The translations under genes were made by a program, and so were the position numbers. DNA of 32,000 bases from Gemmata obscuriglobus (GTDB taxonomy: Bacteria > Planctomycetota > Planctomycetia > Gemmatales > Gemmataceae), in assembly GCF_008065095.1 (NCBI RefSeq), contig NZ_CP042911.1, forward strand, positions 1,740,001-1,772,000. Reading direction: 5' to 3'. The notes beneath the pieces were generated by a model. The model saw only the letters and a program-made list of their open reading frames with translations. It was not told the DNA's origin and made no database searches. Positions 8,889-17,449 of the stretch are shown one piece after another. Positions within the stretch are counted from its first letter, which is position 1. Each line of letters starts with the position of its first letter.

Positions 8889-11213
8889 TCACCTGGTCGG
8901 CGCGGGCACCAGGCGTGCCCCGTCTTCATCGGCATCGGTGTTGTAGCTGTCAGAGTATTTATAACTGGTGTATTTGTACTCGTAGCCATAGCCGTAGCCG
9001 TACCCGTACCCGCGGCCTTCGTCGCCCGACGCGTTCACCACCACGCCGATGGTGTGGGCGCCGACGCCGGCCAGCACCTCTCGGGCACGCTCCGCCGCGG
9101 GGCGAGCCGTTTTCGTCATTCGGAACACAACAAGCACCCCGTCCGCTTGCGGGGCCACGATCGCGGGGTCCGCGACGGCCATCAGCGGCGGGCTGTCGAC
9201 GATGACGAACTCGTACCGTTCCCGCAGTTCGGCGAGGACGCGCTGGAACTGCGGGCTCCCGAGCAACTCGGCCGGGTTCGCGGGCCGCGGGCCGCACGGG
9301 AGCAGGTCGAGGCCCGGCGCGCCGCTGGCGACGATCCCGTCGGCGAGCGGCCGGACCCCGGCGATCACTTCGGCCAGCCCGGTTCCGGTCGCGTCCGCGC
9401 CGGCGAACAGCTTGTGAACGCGCGGCTTGCGCAGGTCGCAATCGACGAGGATCGTCCGCTTCCCCGACTGCGCGACCGAGAGCGCGAGGTTGGCCGCGAG
9501 CGTGGACTTCCCGTCGCCGGGGGTCGGGCTGGTCACCTGGATTACCTGGTGCCCGCGCCCCTGCGTGCTGAAGTAGAGTTGCGTGCGCAGCCCCCGGTAC
9601 GCTTCGGCTTCCGACGATTTGGGGCGCAGCGCCGCGACCAGCAGCGGGTCGTAGGTGGCGGGTTCGAGGCTGAGCGCCGGCACGGTGCGGATCCGCGGAA
9701 TGTGACCGACCACGGCCAGCCCGAGGCGGCGACGGATTTCGGCGGGGGAGCGGAAGCTCTTGTCCCGCGTCTCGGCCAGGACCATGAGCCCGCAGCCGAG
9801 AAGCGCCCCGATGCCCAACCCCAGCAGCAGCGAGCGGAGCAGCACCGGGGCGACCTTGTGCCCGCTCCCCGGGCGGGTGATCTGCTCGGCCGAGTACCCG
9901 CCGGCCCCGAGGGTCGCCTGCCGCGCGAGCCGCTCGGCCTCCAGCCGCATGATTTCCGCGTCCGCGTGCTGCGACTGAACGGCCATGGCCTCGGCCAGGT
10001 CCAGCAGCCCGCCGGCGCGCTTCATGGTCTCCTCGTCCTTGGACAGTTGCGCCTCGAGCTGAACCAGCTGGCGCCCCGCCGTCCGGCGCTTTTGCTCGAC
10101 CCAGAGGATGTGCGCGCCGAGTTCGTCGAGCACCGGGCCGCCGGCCGCGGGCGGGCGCGCGAGCTCCTCTTTGAGCACCGCGATCCGCGCGTCGACCGCG
10201 AGCACGCGGGGGTGGTCCTTGCCCAGCCCGGTCGCCTGGGTCAACTCCCGCCGCTCGAACTCCAGCGCCCGCAGCGCGGCGGTGCCGGTCAGCTCGCCGC
10301 CGTTGGCCGCGTTCGGTACGACGGGCGCGCGGTACTGGGCCGTGAGCTGAACGAACGCGAGCTGCCGGTCCTCGGGCGCGGGGCCGGTGCGGCTGACGAG
10401 TTCGACCTGCGCGTCCAGGTTGCTGATATCGGTCCGGAGCGCGCGCGCCTGATCCCGGAGCGCGCTCACGCGGGTGCGGACGCTCGACACGTCCTCGGTC
10501 GTGATGCCGCGGAGCTCGGTGAGGTGCGTGATGCGGTGCTCGCCCGCCGCCTTACGCTGCCCTTTGACCGCTTCGAGGAGCCGGTCGAGGGTCGCGATGC
10601 GGTCCTGGGACGCCTTCTCGTAAATGGAATACAGTTCGGCCTGGTACGCCGCGATCACGGCCTCCAGGAGCCGCTTGCACAGCTCCGGGTCCGGTTCGCG
10701 GAGCGTGAGGTTCAGGACGCCGCTGCCGATCGTGGGGCCAGCCGAGTCCTTGTCCCGCACGACGGTCAGCCCGGTGCCGATCATGTCGGCGACCGCCCGG
10801 TCGTCGGCCGGTAGCCCGGCGCCGCCCGCCGCCCGCGCTTTCGCCGCCGCCGCGAGCCGGATCTTCTCCGACTTGATGAGCGTCACCTGGGTGGCGACGT
10901 GGTCCTCGACGATGCGCCCGTCGCCCTCCTTGGTCACCTCGACGCCCTTCTTCACGACCAGCACCTGTGCGGTCGATTGGTACTGCGGCGCCGAAGTCGA
11001 GTAGATCAGGGCGCCGAGCACCCCGCCGATGATCAGCCCGACGGCCAGGAACTGCCACCGGCGCATGACGAGATGCAGCGGGTTCAGACCGGACGCGGGC
11101 TCGTCGTCGTCGGGCGGGGCGGCGGTATTCTTGTCGGTATCGGCCACGGCAGCGGGCTCCAAGAGTGGCAGGGCGGCCCCAGGGCGCGAGCGCCCGGGGG
11201 GCGCGGACAACAT
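8889..11213 (-). CDS. Polysaccharide co-polymerase / tyrosine autokinase, fused Wzc-type (PCP-2a BY-kinase)
   Basis: Order of parts: TM1 (WQFLAVGLIIGGVLGALIY), a long coiled-coil periplasmic region, then TM2 (VLLRSLLLGLGIGALLGCGLMVL). Kinase motifs are Walker A SPTPGDGKSTLAANLA, Walker A' ILVDCDLRKP and Walker B FVIVDSPP, with the C-terminal Tyr cluster GYGYGYGYGYEYKYTSYKYSDSY. Start taken as the ATG at 11213. An in-frame GTG at 11147 with GGAG 9 nt upstream is an alternative. The 1108-aa ORF extension overlaps the NusG-like gene and is rejected. Confidence 0.9.
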   Translation of the reverse strand: MLSAPPGRSRPGAALPLLEPAAVADTDKNTAAPPDDDEPASGLNPLHLVMRRWQFLAVGLIIGGVLGALIYSTSAPQYQSTAQVLVVKKGVEVTKEGDGRIVEDHVATQVTLIKSEKIRLAAAAKARAAGGAGLPADDRAVADMIGTGLTVVRDKDSAGPTIGSGVLNLTLREPDPELCKRLLEAVIAAYQAELYSIYEKASQDRIATLDRLLEAVKGQRKAAGEHRITHLTELRGITTEDVSSVRTRVSALRDQARALRTDISNLDAQVELVSRTGPAPEDRQLAFVQLTAQYRAPVVPNAANGGELTGTAALRALEFERRELTQATGLGKDHPRVLAVDARIAVLKEELARPPAAGGPVLDELGAHILWVEQKRRTAGRQLVQLEAQLSKDEETMKRAGGLLDLAEAMAVQSQHADAEIMRLEAERLARQATLGAGGYSAEQITRPGSGHKVAPVLLRSLLLGLGIGALLGCGLMVLAETRDKSFRSPAEIRRRLGLAVVGHIPRIRTVPALSLEPATYDPLLVAALRPKSSEAEAYRGLRTQLYFSTQGRGHQVIQVTSPTPGDGKSTLAANLALSVAQSGKRTILVDCDLRKPRVHKLFAGADATGTGLAEVIAGVRPLADGIVASGAPGLDLLPCGPRPANPAELLGSPQFQRVLAELRERYEFVIVDSPPLMAVADPAIVAPQADGVLVVFRMTKTARPAAERAREVLAGVGAHTIGVVVNASGDEGRGYGYGYGYGYEYKYTSYKYSDSYNTDADEDGARLVPAPTR
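8982..9011 (-). repeat. Imperfect hexanucleotide repeat (5 units: gtagcc atagcc gtagcc gtaccc gtaccc) encoding (Gly-Tyr)5 of the kinase tail
   Basis: Read directly from the sequence; it is in frame with the kinase CDS. Confidence 0.85.
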
Positions 11214-11257
11214 GGAGGCGGGCGTGCGAACCTGGTAAGAGCGCGGCTCCGCGCGCC

Positions 11258-11791
11258 TTACGCGATCGAAACAGCTTTTTCGAGTAGCCGTTCCTCGACC
11301 GTCGCTTCCATCCGGGCACCGAGGAAGGACACTTCGATGAGGACCCGGCGGGTGCCCGGCTTTAGCCGGAGGATCGTGCCGAGCGAGCCGGCGAGCGGCC
11401 CCCCGACGATTCGGACCGTGTCGCCGATCACCCCGTACACGCGCTCCTGAAGGAGCTGCCGGTTCGCGAGCAGATCCGCGACTGAGCGCAGCTCGTCCTT
11501 CAGTTGATCGGGGTCCGGGGCGCGTAGCAGCTGCGCGATCAACTTGCGACACGACGGGGGCACGCGCGTGCTGTCCCGGTACTCCCGCTCGCCGCAGAAG
11601 ACGTAGCCCGGGAACACCGGCAGTTGCGCCGTCTGCGTCTTGCTTTTGGTCCGGCTGACCCGCGTCAAGAGCGGAAGGAACACGGGCACCCCGGCGGCGG
11701 CCAACTGCTCGGTCACCGCCTTTTCCCAGCGGGCCGCGGTCCGCAGAGCGGCCCAGCGGCCCACTTCGTCGATGATCGTTGACTCGTCCAT
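11258..11791 (-). CDS. NusG-family paralogue (NGN + KOW), likely an operon-specific transcription antiterminator (RfaH/UpxY-like role)
   Basis: NGN-like segment RWAALRTAARWEKAVTEQLAAAGVPVFLPLL...LPVFPGYVFCG. KOW-like segment GDTVRIVGGPLAGSLGTILRL. GAGGAG lies 4 nt before the ATG. It is the first gene of the minus-strand operon, next to the polysaccharide genes. Confidence 0.8.
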   Translation of the reverse strand: MDESTIIDEVGRWAALRTAARWEKAVTEQLAAAGVPVFLPLLTRVSRTKSKTQTAQLPVFPGYVFCGEREYRDSTRVPPSCRKLIAQLLRAPDPDQLKDELRSVADLLANRQLLQERVYGVIGDTVRIVGGPLAGSLGTILRLKPGTRRVLIEVSFLGARMEATVEERLLEKAVSIA

Positions 11792-12122
11792 GAAGCTCCT
11801 CGGTCGCGCAACACCGTAGACCGCGGAAACGGACCCGCTGCCGAATTATCGAACACGCCGCCCGATTTTGGCACCGGCACCGGGGGGAGAGTTTCTGGTC
11901 CGGGCCCTGTTCCGTGAACGCCTCCGGACCGCACCGAACTTTTGAGGAGCGAGCGGAGACGGGATCTTGATCGCGGGGCGCATTTTTCGGACGGGAGTGA
12001 CACCCCGCCGAACCTGATTGCACGGTGGCCAAAAAATCGGCGTACGGAGTTGCTTCGATACTCGATAACACATTACGTTTCCCAACGATCCGACTCGCTC
12101 GACGCGAGCGGGCCGTGCCCCT

Positions 12123-12184
12123 CTGCCACTCAGGGGGGACGCGGCCCGAGTTCCCCCCTGGCAGCCGCTCGACCGCGAGGTCGA
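12123..12184 (+). promoter_or_regulatory. Two adjacent GC-rich hairpins in the long leader upstream of the glycan operon (function unknown)
   Basis: Hairpin 1: ctgcca(ctca)gggggga at 12123-12139 pairs with tcccccctggcag at 12152-12164. Hairpin 2: tcgacc (12169-12174), GNRA-type loop gcga, ggtcga (12179-12184). They sit about 160-220 nt upstream of the first start codon. Confidence 0.3.
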
Positions 12185-12342
12185 CCCGCTGTAAGGCTCG
12201 CGCAGCGTTCCCCATTTGTCACAACCGGTGGCCCGCTGAATCGCGTCCACGCGCCCGAACCGGGTGCGTTCCCCGCCGTCCAGCAACGTTCGCGAGGGGG
12301 GCCGCGTGCCCCCGCGCTGCGTGCGCATTCGGAGGGTTCGCC

Positions 12343-13848
12343 TTGACCACTTACTCCCTTGGCTCCGTTTGGTGGGTGCCGCTCGCGGCGGGCACCGGCG
12401 CCGGGCTGGTGCTGACCCGGCTGGCCCGGAACATGGCCGATCGCAACGGGCTGGTCGACGCCCCGGACGGCCGCCGCAAGGTGCAGCCGCGGCCGGTTCC
12501 CGTGATCGGCGGCGTCGCCGTTCTCCTGGCGGCGGTGCTCGCGCTCGCGGTGACGCTGCTCGTGTCTCACTCGTTCGCCGCGGCCGTGCGGGACGACTTG
12601 CGCTGGGCCGCCGCGCTGCTGGCGGCGGTGGTCGCCATCACCGCCGTCGGGTTCGTCGACGACCGGCACAACCTCCGGGCGCGCCACAAGCTGGCCGGGC
12701 AGGTCGTCGCGACGCTGGTGCTCGTCGCCGGCGGCGGCTACCTGATCGAGCGCGTGGCCCTGTTCGGGTGGGTGGTCGAGTTCGGGCCGCTCGCCGGACC
12801 GGTCACGGTGTTCTGGCTGCTGGCCTGCGTCAACGCGCTGAACCTCATCGACGGGATGGACGGGCTGCTGGGAACGGTTGCGGTGACCGGGCTGGGAACG
12901 CTCGCGGTCATCGCGCTCATGGTGGGGCAGGTGTTCGCGGCGACCGTCGCGCTGGCCCTGTGCGGCGCGGTCGCCGGGTTCCTCTGGTTCAACCTCCCGC
13001 CCGCGACCGTGTACATGGGCGACGCGGGCAGCATGCTCGTCGGGCTGGTCATCGGGGCGCTGGCGATCCCGTCGTCGCTCAAGGGGCCGGCGACCGTCTC
13101 GCTCATTTGCCCGGTCGCGATTCTGATCCTGCCGGTCCTGGACACCACCGCGGCCGTGATCCGGCGCAAGCTGACCGGGCGCGGGCTGGCGACCGCCGAC
13201 CGGGGGCACCTGCACCACGTCCTGCTGCGCCACGGGCTCACCGTGCGGCGCGTGCTGGGGCTGGTCGCCGTGCTGGGGCTGATCGCGTCCGTCGGCGCGC
13301 TCGCGAGCACCGCGCTCAAGAACGACCTGTACGCGCTCGTGGCCGCCGCGGGCGTCGCCGTCACCCTCCTCGCGACCCGCCTCTTCGGGTACGCGGAGTT
13401 CCACCTGATCCGCAAGCGGGTCAGCTTGGCGCTCTGGAGCGCCCTCGGTTGGGACGCGGCCCCCGCCGGGACCGGGTTGGCGGTTCGCATCCAAGGCACG
13501 ATCGACTGGGATTCCGTTTGGGCCGTGTTGGCGGAAGCGGCCGGGAGCGCGGACCTCCAGTCGCTCTCGCTCGACGTCAACGCGCCCGAGCTGCACGAGA
13601 ACTATCACGCACGGTGGGAACGCGCCACGTGCGCCACGCCCGACACGCACTGGTGGCGGGTCGAGAGCCCGCTGTTCGCGCACGGCCACCTCATCGGCCG
13701 GGTCGCGGCGACCGGTGGGCGTGACAGCAGCCCGATCGAACGCATCTTCCAGACGCTCGCCCGGATCGTCGAAGCGACGGAGCGCCGCGCGACCGAGTTG
13801 ACCGAACCGGCGCCGGCGCACGGTGCCGTGGCCTTGGGCGCCCGCTGA
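12343..13848 (+). CDS. Polyprenyl-phosphate hexose/HexNAc-1-phosphate transferase, MraY/WecA (GT4) family, with a C-terminal extension of about 150 aa
   Basis: TTG start at 12343 with GGAGGG 6 nt upstream. Family motifs: LVDAPDGRRKVQPRPVPVIGG, VGFVDDRHNL, NALNLIDGMDGL, MGDAGSMLVG and about 10 TM segments. The upstream part of ORF 12025.. has no coding character. Confidence 0.85.
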   Translation: MTTYSLGSVWWVPLAAGTGAGLVLTRLARNMADRNGLVDAPDGRRKVQPRPVPVIGGVAVLLAAVLALAVTLLVSHSFAAAVRDDLRWAAALLAAVVAITAVGFVDDRHNLRARHKLAGQVVATLVLVAGGGYLIERVALFGWVVEFGPLAGPVTVFWLLACVNALNLIDGMDGLLGTVAVTGLGTLAVIALMVGQVFAATVALALCGAVAGFLWFNLPPATVYMGDAGSMLVGLVIGALAIPSSLKGPATVSLICPVAILILPVLDTTAAVIRRKLTGRGLATADRGHLHHVLLRHGLTVRRVLGLVAVLGLIASVGALASTALKNDLYALVAAAGVAVTLLATRLFGYAEFHLIRKRVSLALWSALGWDAAPAGTGLAVRIQGTIDWDSVWAVLAEAAGSADLQSLSLDVNAPELHENYHARWERATCATPDTHWWRVESPLFAHGHLIGRVAATGGRDSSPIERIFQTLARIVEATERRATELTEPAPAHGAVALGAR

Positions 13849-13873
13849 GCCAAGCCGCGCGAGGAGATGGACC

Positions 13874-14692
13874 GTGTCCCGTACCGTGATCCAAGCCGGT
13901 CGCACCGAACGTCAGTACTGGCGCGACCTGTGGCGCTTCCGCGAGCTCCTGTTCCTCCTCGCATGGCGCGACGTGTCGGTCCGGTACAAGCAAACCGTGA
14001 TCGGGATCGCGTGGGCCGTGATCCGCCCGCTCGCGACGACGGCCGTCATGGTGGTCGTGTTCGGCACCGTCGCGAAGCTCCCCTCCGGCGGGGCGCCGTA
14101 CCCGCTGCTCGTCCTGTCGGGGATGCTGGGCTGGCAGCTCTTCGCCAGCGGCTTCTCCGCTGCGAGCGAGAGCCTGGTCGGCAACGGGAACCTGATCTCG
14201 AAGGTCTACTTCCCGCGGCTCATCATCCCGTTGAGCGCGGTCGCGGTGAGCCTCATCGACTTCCTGGTTACGCTGCCGGTCCTGTTGGGGCTGGTGGCCT
14301 GGTACGGGGCCGACATCACCTGGCGGCTGGCGCTGCTGCCGCTGTTCGTCGCGCTCGCGCTGCTCGCGGCCGTCGCGGTCGGGGTCTGGCTGGCGGCGCT
14401 GAACGTCAAGTTCCGCGACGTGCGGTTCGTCATCCCGTTCGTGCTCCAGTTCGGGGTGTACATCTCGCCGGTGGGGTTCGGCCTCGGGGCGGTGCCCGAG
14501 CAGTACCGGTGGCTCTTCATCCTGAACCCGGCGGTCGGGCTGATCGAGGGGTTCCGCTGGGCGCTCTTGGGGCAGGCGTGCGAGTCGACCCCGTACGCGG
14601 TCGCCGTGACCGTCGCCGCGACGGGCGCGACGCTGGTGGCCGGCGTGCGGTACTTCCGTCGCACCGAAAAGACTTTTGCGGACCGAATTTGA
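13874..14692 (+). CDS. wzm: ABC-2 type polysaccharide exporter permease (Wzm/KpsM/TagG family)
   Basis: GTG at 13874 with GAGGAG 7 nt upstream. Signature WRFRELLFLLAWRDVSVRYKQTVIGIAWAVIRPL followed by 6 predicted TM segments. Confidence 0.85.
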   Translation: MSRTVIQAGRTERQYWRDLWRFRELLFLLAWRDVSVRYKQTVIGIAWAVIRPLATTAVMVVVFGTVAKLPSGGAPYPLLVLSGMLGWQLFASGFSAASESLVGNGNLISKVYFPRLIIPLSAVAVSLIDFLVTLPVLLGLVAWYGADITWRLALLPLFVALALLAAVAVGVWLAALNVKFRDVRFVIPFVLQFGVYISPVGFGLGAVPEQYRWLFILNPAVGLIEGFRWALLGQACESTPYAVAVTVAATGATLVAGVRYFRRTEKTFADRI

Positions 14693-14700
14693 GGGCAACT

Positions 14701-15990
14701 GTGGGCGAACCCGAAACGGCGATCCGCGTCGAGGGTCTGGGCAAGCGGTACACGCTCGGGCGCGCCGCGGGGTCGGGACCATCGACGCTCCGGGACGCGC
14801 TCGCCGCCGGCGCGCGGGGGGGCCTCCAGCGGTTGCGCGGTCGCCGGCCCGCGGACGCGCTGCCGGACGAGTTCTGGGCACTCAAGGACATCTCGTTTGA
14901 CGTGGAGCGCGGCGACGTGGTCGGGATCATCGGCCGTAACGGGGCCGGCAAAAGCACGCTGCTGAAGCTCCTCTCGCGGATCACGGAGCCGACGGCTGGC
15001 CAGATCGAGATCGAGGGCCGGGTGGCCAGCCTGCTGGAAGTGGGCACCGGGTTCCACCCGGAACTGACCGGGCGCGAGAACGTGTACCTGAACGGCTGCA
15101 TTCTGGGGATGTCGCGCGCGGAGGTGCGGGCGAAGTTCGATCAGATCGTGGAGTTCGCCGAGGTCGAGAAGTTCCTCGACACCCCGGTGAAGCGGTACTC
15201 GTCGGGCATGTACATGCGGCTGGCGTTCGCGGTCGCCGCGCACCTCGAGTCCGAGGTGCTCGTCGTGGACGAGGTGCTCGCGGTCGGCGACACCGCGTTC
15301 CAACAGAAGTGTCTAGGGAAAATGGGCCAGATCGCGCGGGGCGGGCGGACGGTGCTGTTCGTGAGTCACAACCTGTCCGTTGTGAACCAGCTCTGCACGC
15401 GCGGGCTGTACTTGCGCGGCGGCGAACTCGTCGCGCACGGGCCCGTCGCGGACGTCATCGGCCGGTACCTCGGCGGCGCGGACCAGGGGGCGTACGCCGG
15501 CACCGCCCGCCCGGACCGGCCGACCGTGACCTCGGTCCGGATCGATACGGCCGAACTCGCCCGCGGGCACCTGAGCGTGGCGGTCGGCTTCGAGTCGCCG
15601 GTCGCGTTCGACCCGCTCGTCGGGGTGGTGGTCTCAACGGACCTCGGCACCCCGCTGTTCGGCACCAACCGCGACCTGCACCCGGCGAACCCGCACGGCC
15701 GCTCAAGGGCCGGTCGGTCGGTGGTCACGTTCCCGGACGTCCCGTTGCAGTCGGGGACCTACGGCATCTCTGTCTGGCTCGGGGACGGAACCGGGGCGGT
15801 TCACGAGCACCTGCCGGACGTGGTGCGGTTCGATTTCGTGTCGAGCGAGGCGCTCTCGAGCCGGTACTCGACGCGGGTGATCGGCCCGTTGCGGGTCTCG
15901 GCGCGCTGGTCGGTCGCACTCGACGCACACGGCGCGCACGGCCCAGGTCCCGGCGGTGCTCTCGAGCGAGGCGTGACGTGTTCCGGGTGA
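14701..15990 (+). CDS. wzt: Polysaccharide ABC exporter ATPase (Wzt/TagH family) with a C-terminal beta-rich extension of about 170 aa (Wzt_C-like)
   Basis: GTG at 14701, 8 nt after the wzm stop. Walker [13 protein letters not shown], the motif [21 protein letters not shown], signature [12 protein letters not shown] and Walker [13 protein letters not shown]. The extra C-terminal domain is TVTSVRIDT...[12 protein letters not shown]...VVRFDFV. Confidence 0.9.
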   Translation: MGEPETAIRVEGLGKRYTLGRAAGSGPSTLRDALAAGARGGLQRLRGRRPADALPDEFWALKDISFDVERGDVVGIIGRNGAGKSTLLKLLSRITEPTAGQIEIEGRVASLLEVGTGFHPELTGRENVYLNGCILGMSRAEVRAKFDQIVEFAEVEKFLDTPVKRYSSGMYMRLAFAVAAHLESEVLVVDEVLAVGDTAFQQKCLGKMGQIARGGRTVLFVSHNLSVVNQLCTRGLYLRGGELVAHGPVADVIGRYLGGADQGAYAGTARPDRPTVTSVRIDTAELARGHLSVAVGFESPVAFDPLVGVVVSTDLGTPLFGTNRDLHPANPHGRSRAGRSVVTFPDVPLQSGTYGISVWLGDGTGAVHEHLPDVVRFDFVSSEALSSRYSTRVIGPLRVSARWSVALDAHGAHGPGPGGALERGVTCSG

Positions 15991-16526
15991 CGTGGTCGCG
16001 GGCGGTCCAGGCCGCGCGCCGCGCGCGGTTCGCCTGGGCGGGCGCCGAGTTCGGCGCGGGCTGCGACCTCGCTCGCGGGGTGGTGCTCGCGCCAGGAGTT
16101 CGGAACGGCCGGCGGGGGCGCGTGACCCTTGGTTCCAACGTGAGCCTCGGGCGCGGGGCGGTTCTGCGGGCGTGGGGCGGCTCGGTGGCGGTCGGGGCGA
16201 ACGTGTTCGTCGGCGAGTACACGGTCGTCTACGGGCACGGCGGCGTGTCGATCGGCGACGACACGCTGATCGCGCCGCACTGCCGCATCCTCTCCTCGAA
16301 CCACACGATCCCGCCGCGCGGCGAGCGCATCCGCCACCACCCCGATGTGTTGCTGCCCACCGCCATCGGCCGCGACGTTTGGCTCGGCGCCGGGGTCACG
16401 GTTCTGGGCGGCGTGACCATCGGCGACGGCTGCGTTGTGGCCGCCGGGGCGGTGGTCGCACGCGACCTCCCCGCGTACGCGGTGGCGGCGGGCGTCCCGG
16501 CCAAAACGTTTCGGTTCCGCGAATGA
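15987..16526 (+). CDS. Hexapeptide-repeat (LbH) acetyltransferase
   Basis: GTG at 15987 overlaps the wzt TGA (GTGA); an in-frame GTG at 15978 is an alternative. LbH repeats: [33 protein letters not shown]...[31 protein letters not shown]. Confidence 0.8.
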   Translation: MTWSRAVQAARRARFAWAGAEFGAGCDLARGVVLAPGVRNGRRGRVTLGSNVSLGRGAVLRAWGGSVAVGANVFVGEYTVVYGHGGVSIGDDTLIAPHCRILSSNHTIPPRGERIRHHPDVLLPTAIGRDVWLGAGVTVLGGVTIGDGCVVAAGAVVARDLPAYAVAAGVPAKTFRFRE

Positions 16527-17449
16527 CCCCCACCGTATCGGTTCTGATCCCGACCCACAACCCGGACGCGGGCCGACTGGCCCGCACGCTGGCCGGGCTT
16601 CGCGCGCAAACGCTCCCTTTGGAGCGGTGGGAACTGATCCTGGTCGATAACGGGTCGACCGCGCCCGTCGCTCCCGCGCTGAGCTGGCACCCGTCCGCGA
16701 AAGTGCTTCGCGAACCTCGGCTGGGGCTGACGTTCGCCCGGCGGGCGGGAGCGGCGGCGGCCGGGGGGGCGTTTCTGGTGTTCGTGGATGACGACAACGT
16801 GCTCGCCCCGAACTACCTCGCGCAGGTCGCGGACGCCTTCGCCCGCCGCCCGCGGCTCGGGGCCCTCGGCGGCCGGTCGGTGCCGGAATGGGCGGTCGAA
16901 CCGGCCCCGTGGGTTCGCGAGTTCGCGGGCGCGCTGGCCGTGCGCGACCTCGGCGACGCGGAGCGGATCGCGGACCCGGGCGCCGAGACCGGCTACCCGG
17001 CGTGCGCCCCCATCGGCGCGGGGATGGCGCTCCGGACCGAAGCCTGGGCGGATTACGCCCGGGCGGGCGCTTCAGACCGCGGCGCGATCACGGACCGGAG
17101 CGGCACCTCGCTGGCCAGCGGCGGCGACTGCGACATCGTGCTGCACGTGTTCCGGGCCGGGTGGCAGGTCGGCTACTCGCCGGAGCTGTGCCTCACGCAC
17201 CTGATGCCGGCGGCGCGGTTGACCCGCGAGTACCTCGCGCGGTTGAACCACGGCATCGCGAAGTCGTGGGTCCAGGTGCTGGACCGCCACGGGCTCCGCC
17301 CCTGGCCGCGGGTCGCGCGCTGGACCGTACCGCTGCGCAAGTGGCGCGCGTACCTCCGCTACCGGAGCTGGACCGGACCCGCCGCGTACGTCCGCTGGAG
17401 GGGCGCGTGCGGTCAGTTTGAAGGCCGCGCACTCCTAGGAGCGCCATGA
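16523..17449 (+). CDS. Glycosyltransferase family 2
   Basis: ATGA overlap with the upstream gene. [33 protein letters not shown] and the DxD motif VFVDDDNVL. Confidence 0.85.
   Translation: MTPTVSVLIPTHNPDAGRLARTLAGLRAQTLPLERWELILVDNGSTAPVAPALSWHPSAKVLREPRLGLTFARRAGAAAAGGAFLVFVDDDNVLAPNYLAQVADAFARRPRLGALGGRSVPEWAVEPAPWVREFAGALAVRDLGDAERIADPGAETGYPACAPIGAGMALRTEAWADYARAGASDRGAITDRSGTSLASGGDCDIVLHVFRAGWQVGYSPELCLTHLMPAARLTREYLARLNHGIAKSWVQVLDRHGLRPWPRVARWTVPLRKWRAYLRYRSWTGPAAYVRWRGACGQFEGRALLGAP

Noticed and set aside
8235-10814. 859-aa ORF on the plus strand, antisense to the Wzc-like kinase gene. Similar long antisense or alternate-frame ORFs include 12130..13905(-), 23337..25043(-), 25505..26407(-), 29012..31171(-), 26571..28826(+) and 22521..23606(+).
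   Set aside because: The products are Arg/Pro/Gly/Ala-rich with no domain-like patterns. They overlap genes with strong family motifs and proper codon bias. Stop-codon depletion in high-GC DNA explains their length.
11214-12215. N-terminal extension of the kinase ORF to 1108 aa.
   Set aside because: It would overlap the entire NusG-like gene (in another frame) and the intergenic region. The extension has low-complexity Arg/Pro/Ala composition. The Wzz/PCP architecture begins after the ATG at 11213.
12025-12342. ATG-initiated upstream extension of the WecA-like ORF.
   Set aside because: The extension lies in the structured leader and has poor coding character. The first TM helix and the DxPxxRK motif follow the TTG at 12343, which has a GGAGGG ribosome-binding site.
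13390-13848. Possible PilZ (c-di-GMP binding) domain at the C-terminus of the WecA-like protein.
   Set aside because: IRKRV could mimic RxxxR, but no (D/N)xSxxG motif follows at the expected spacing. The idea is kept only as an unknown domain.
13867-14700. Upstream part of ORF 13867..15990, which would fuse the Wzm region to Wzt as a 707-aa protein.
   Set aside because: This portion is the +1 frame of the Wzm permease gene, which has a clear ABC-2 signature in its own frame. Wzt similarity begins at the GTG at 14701.
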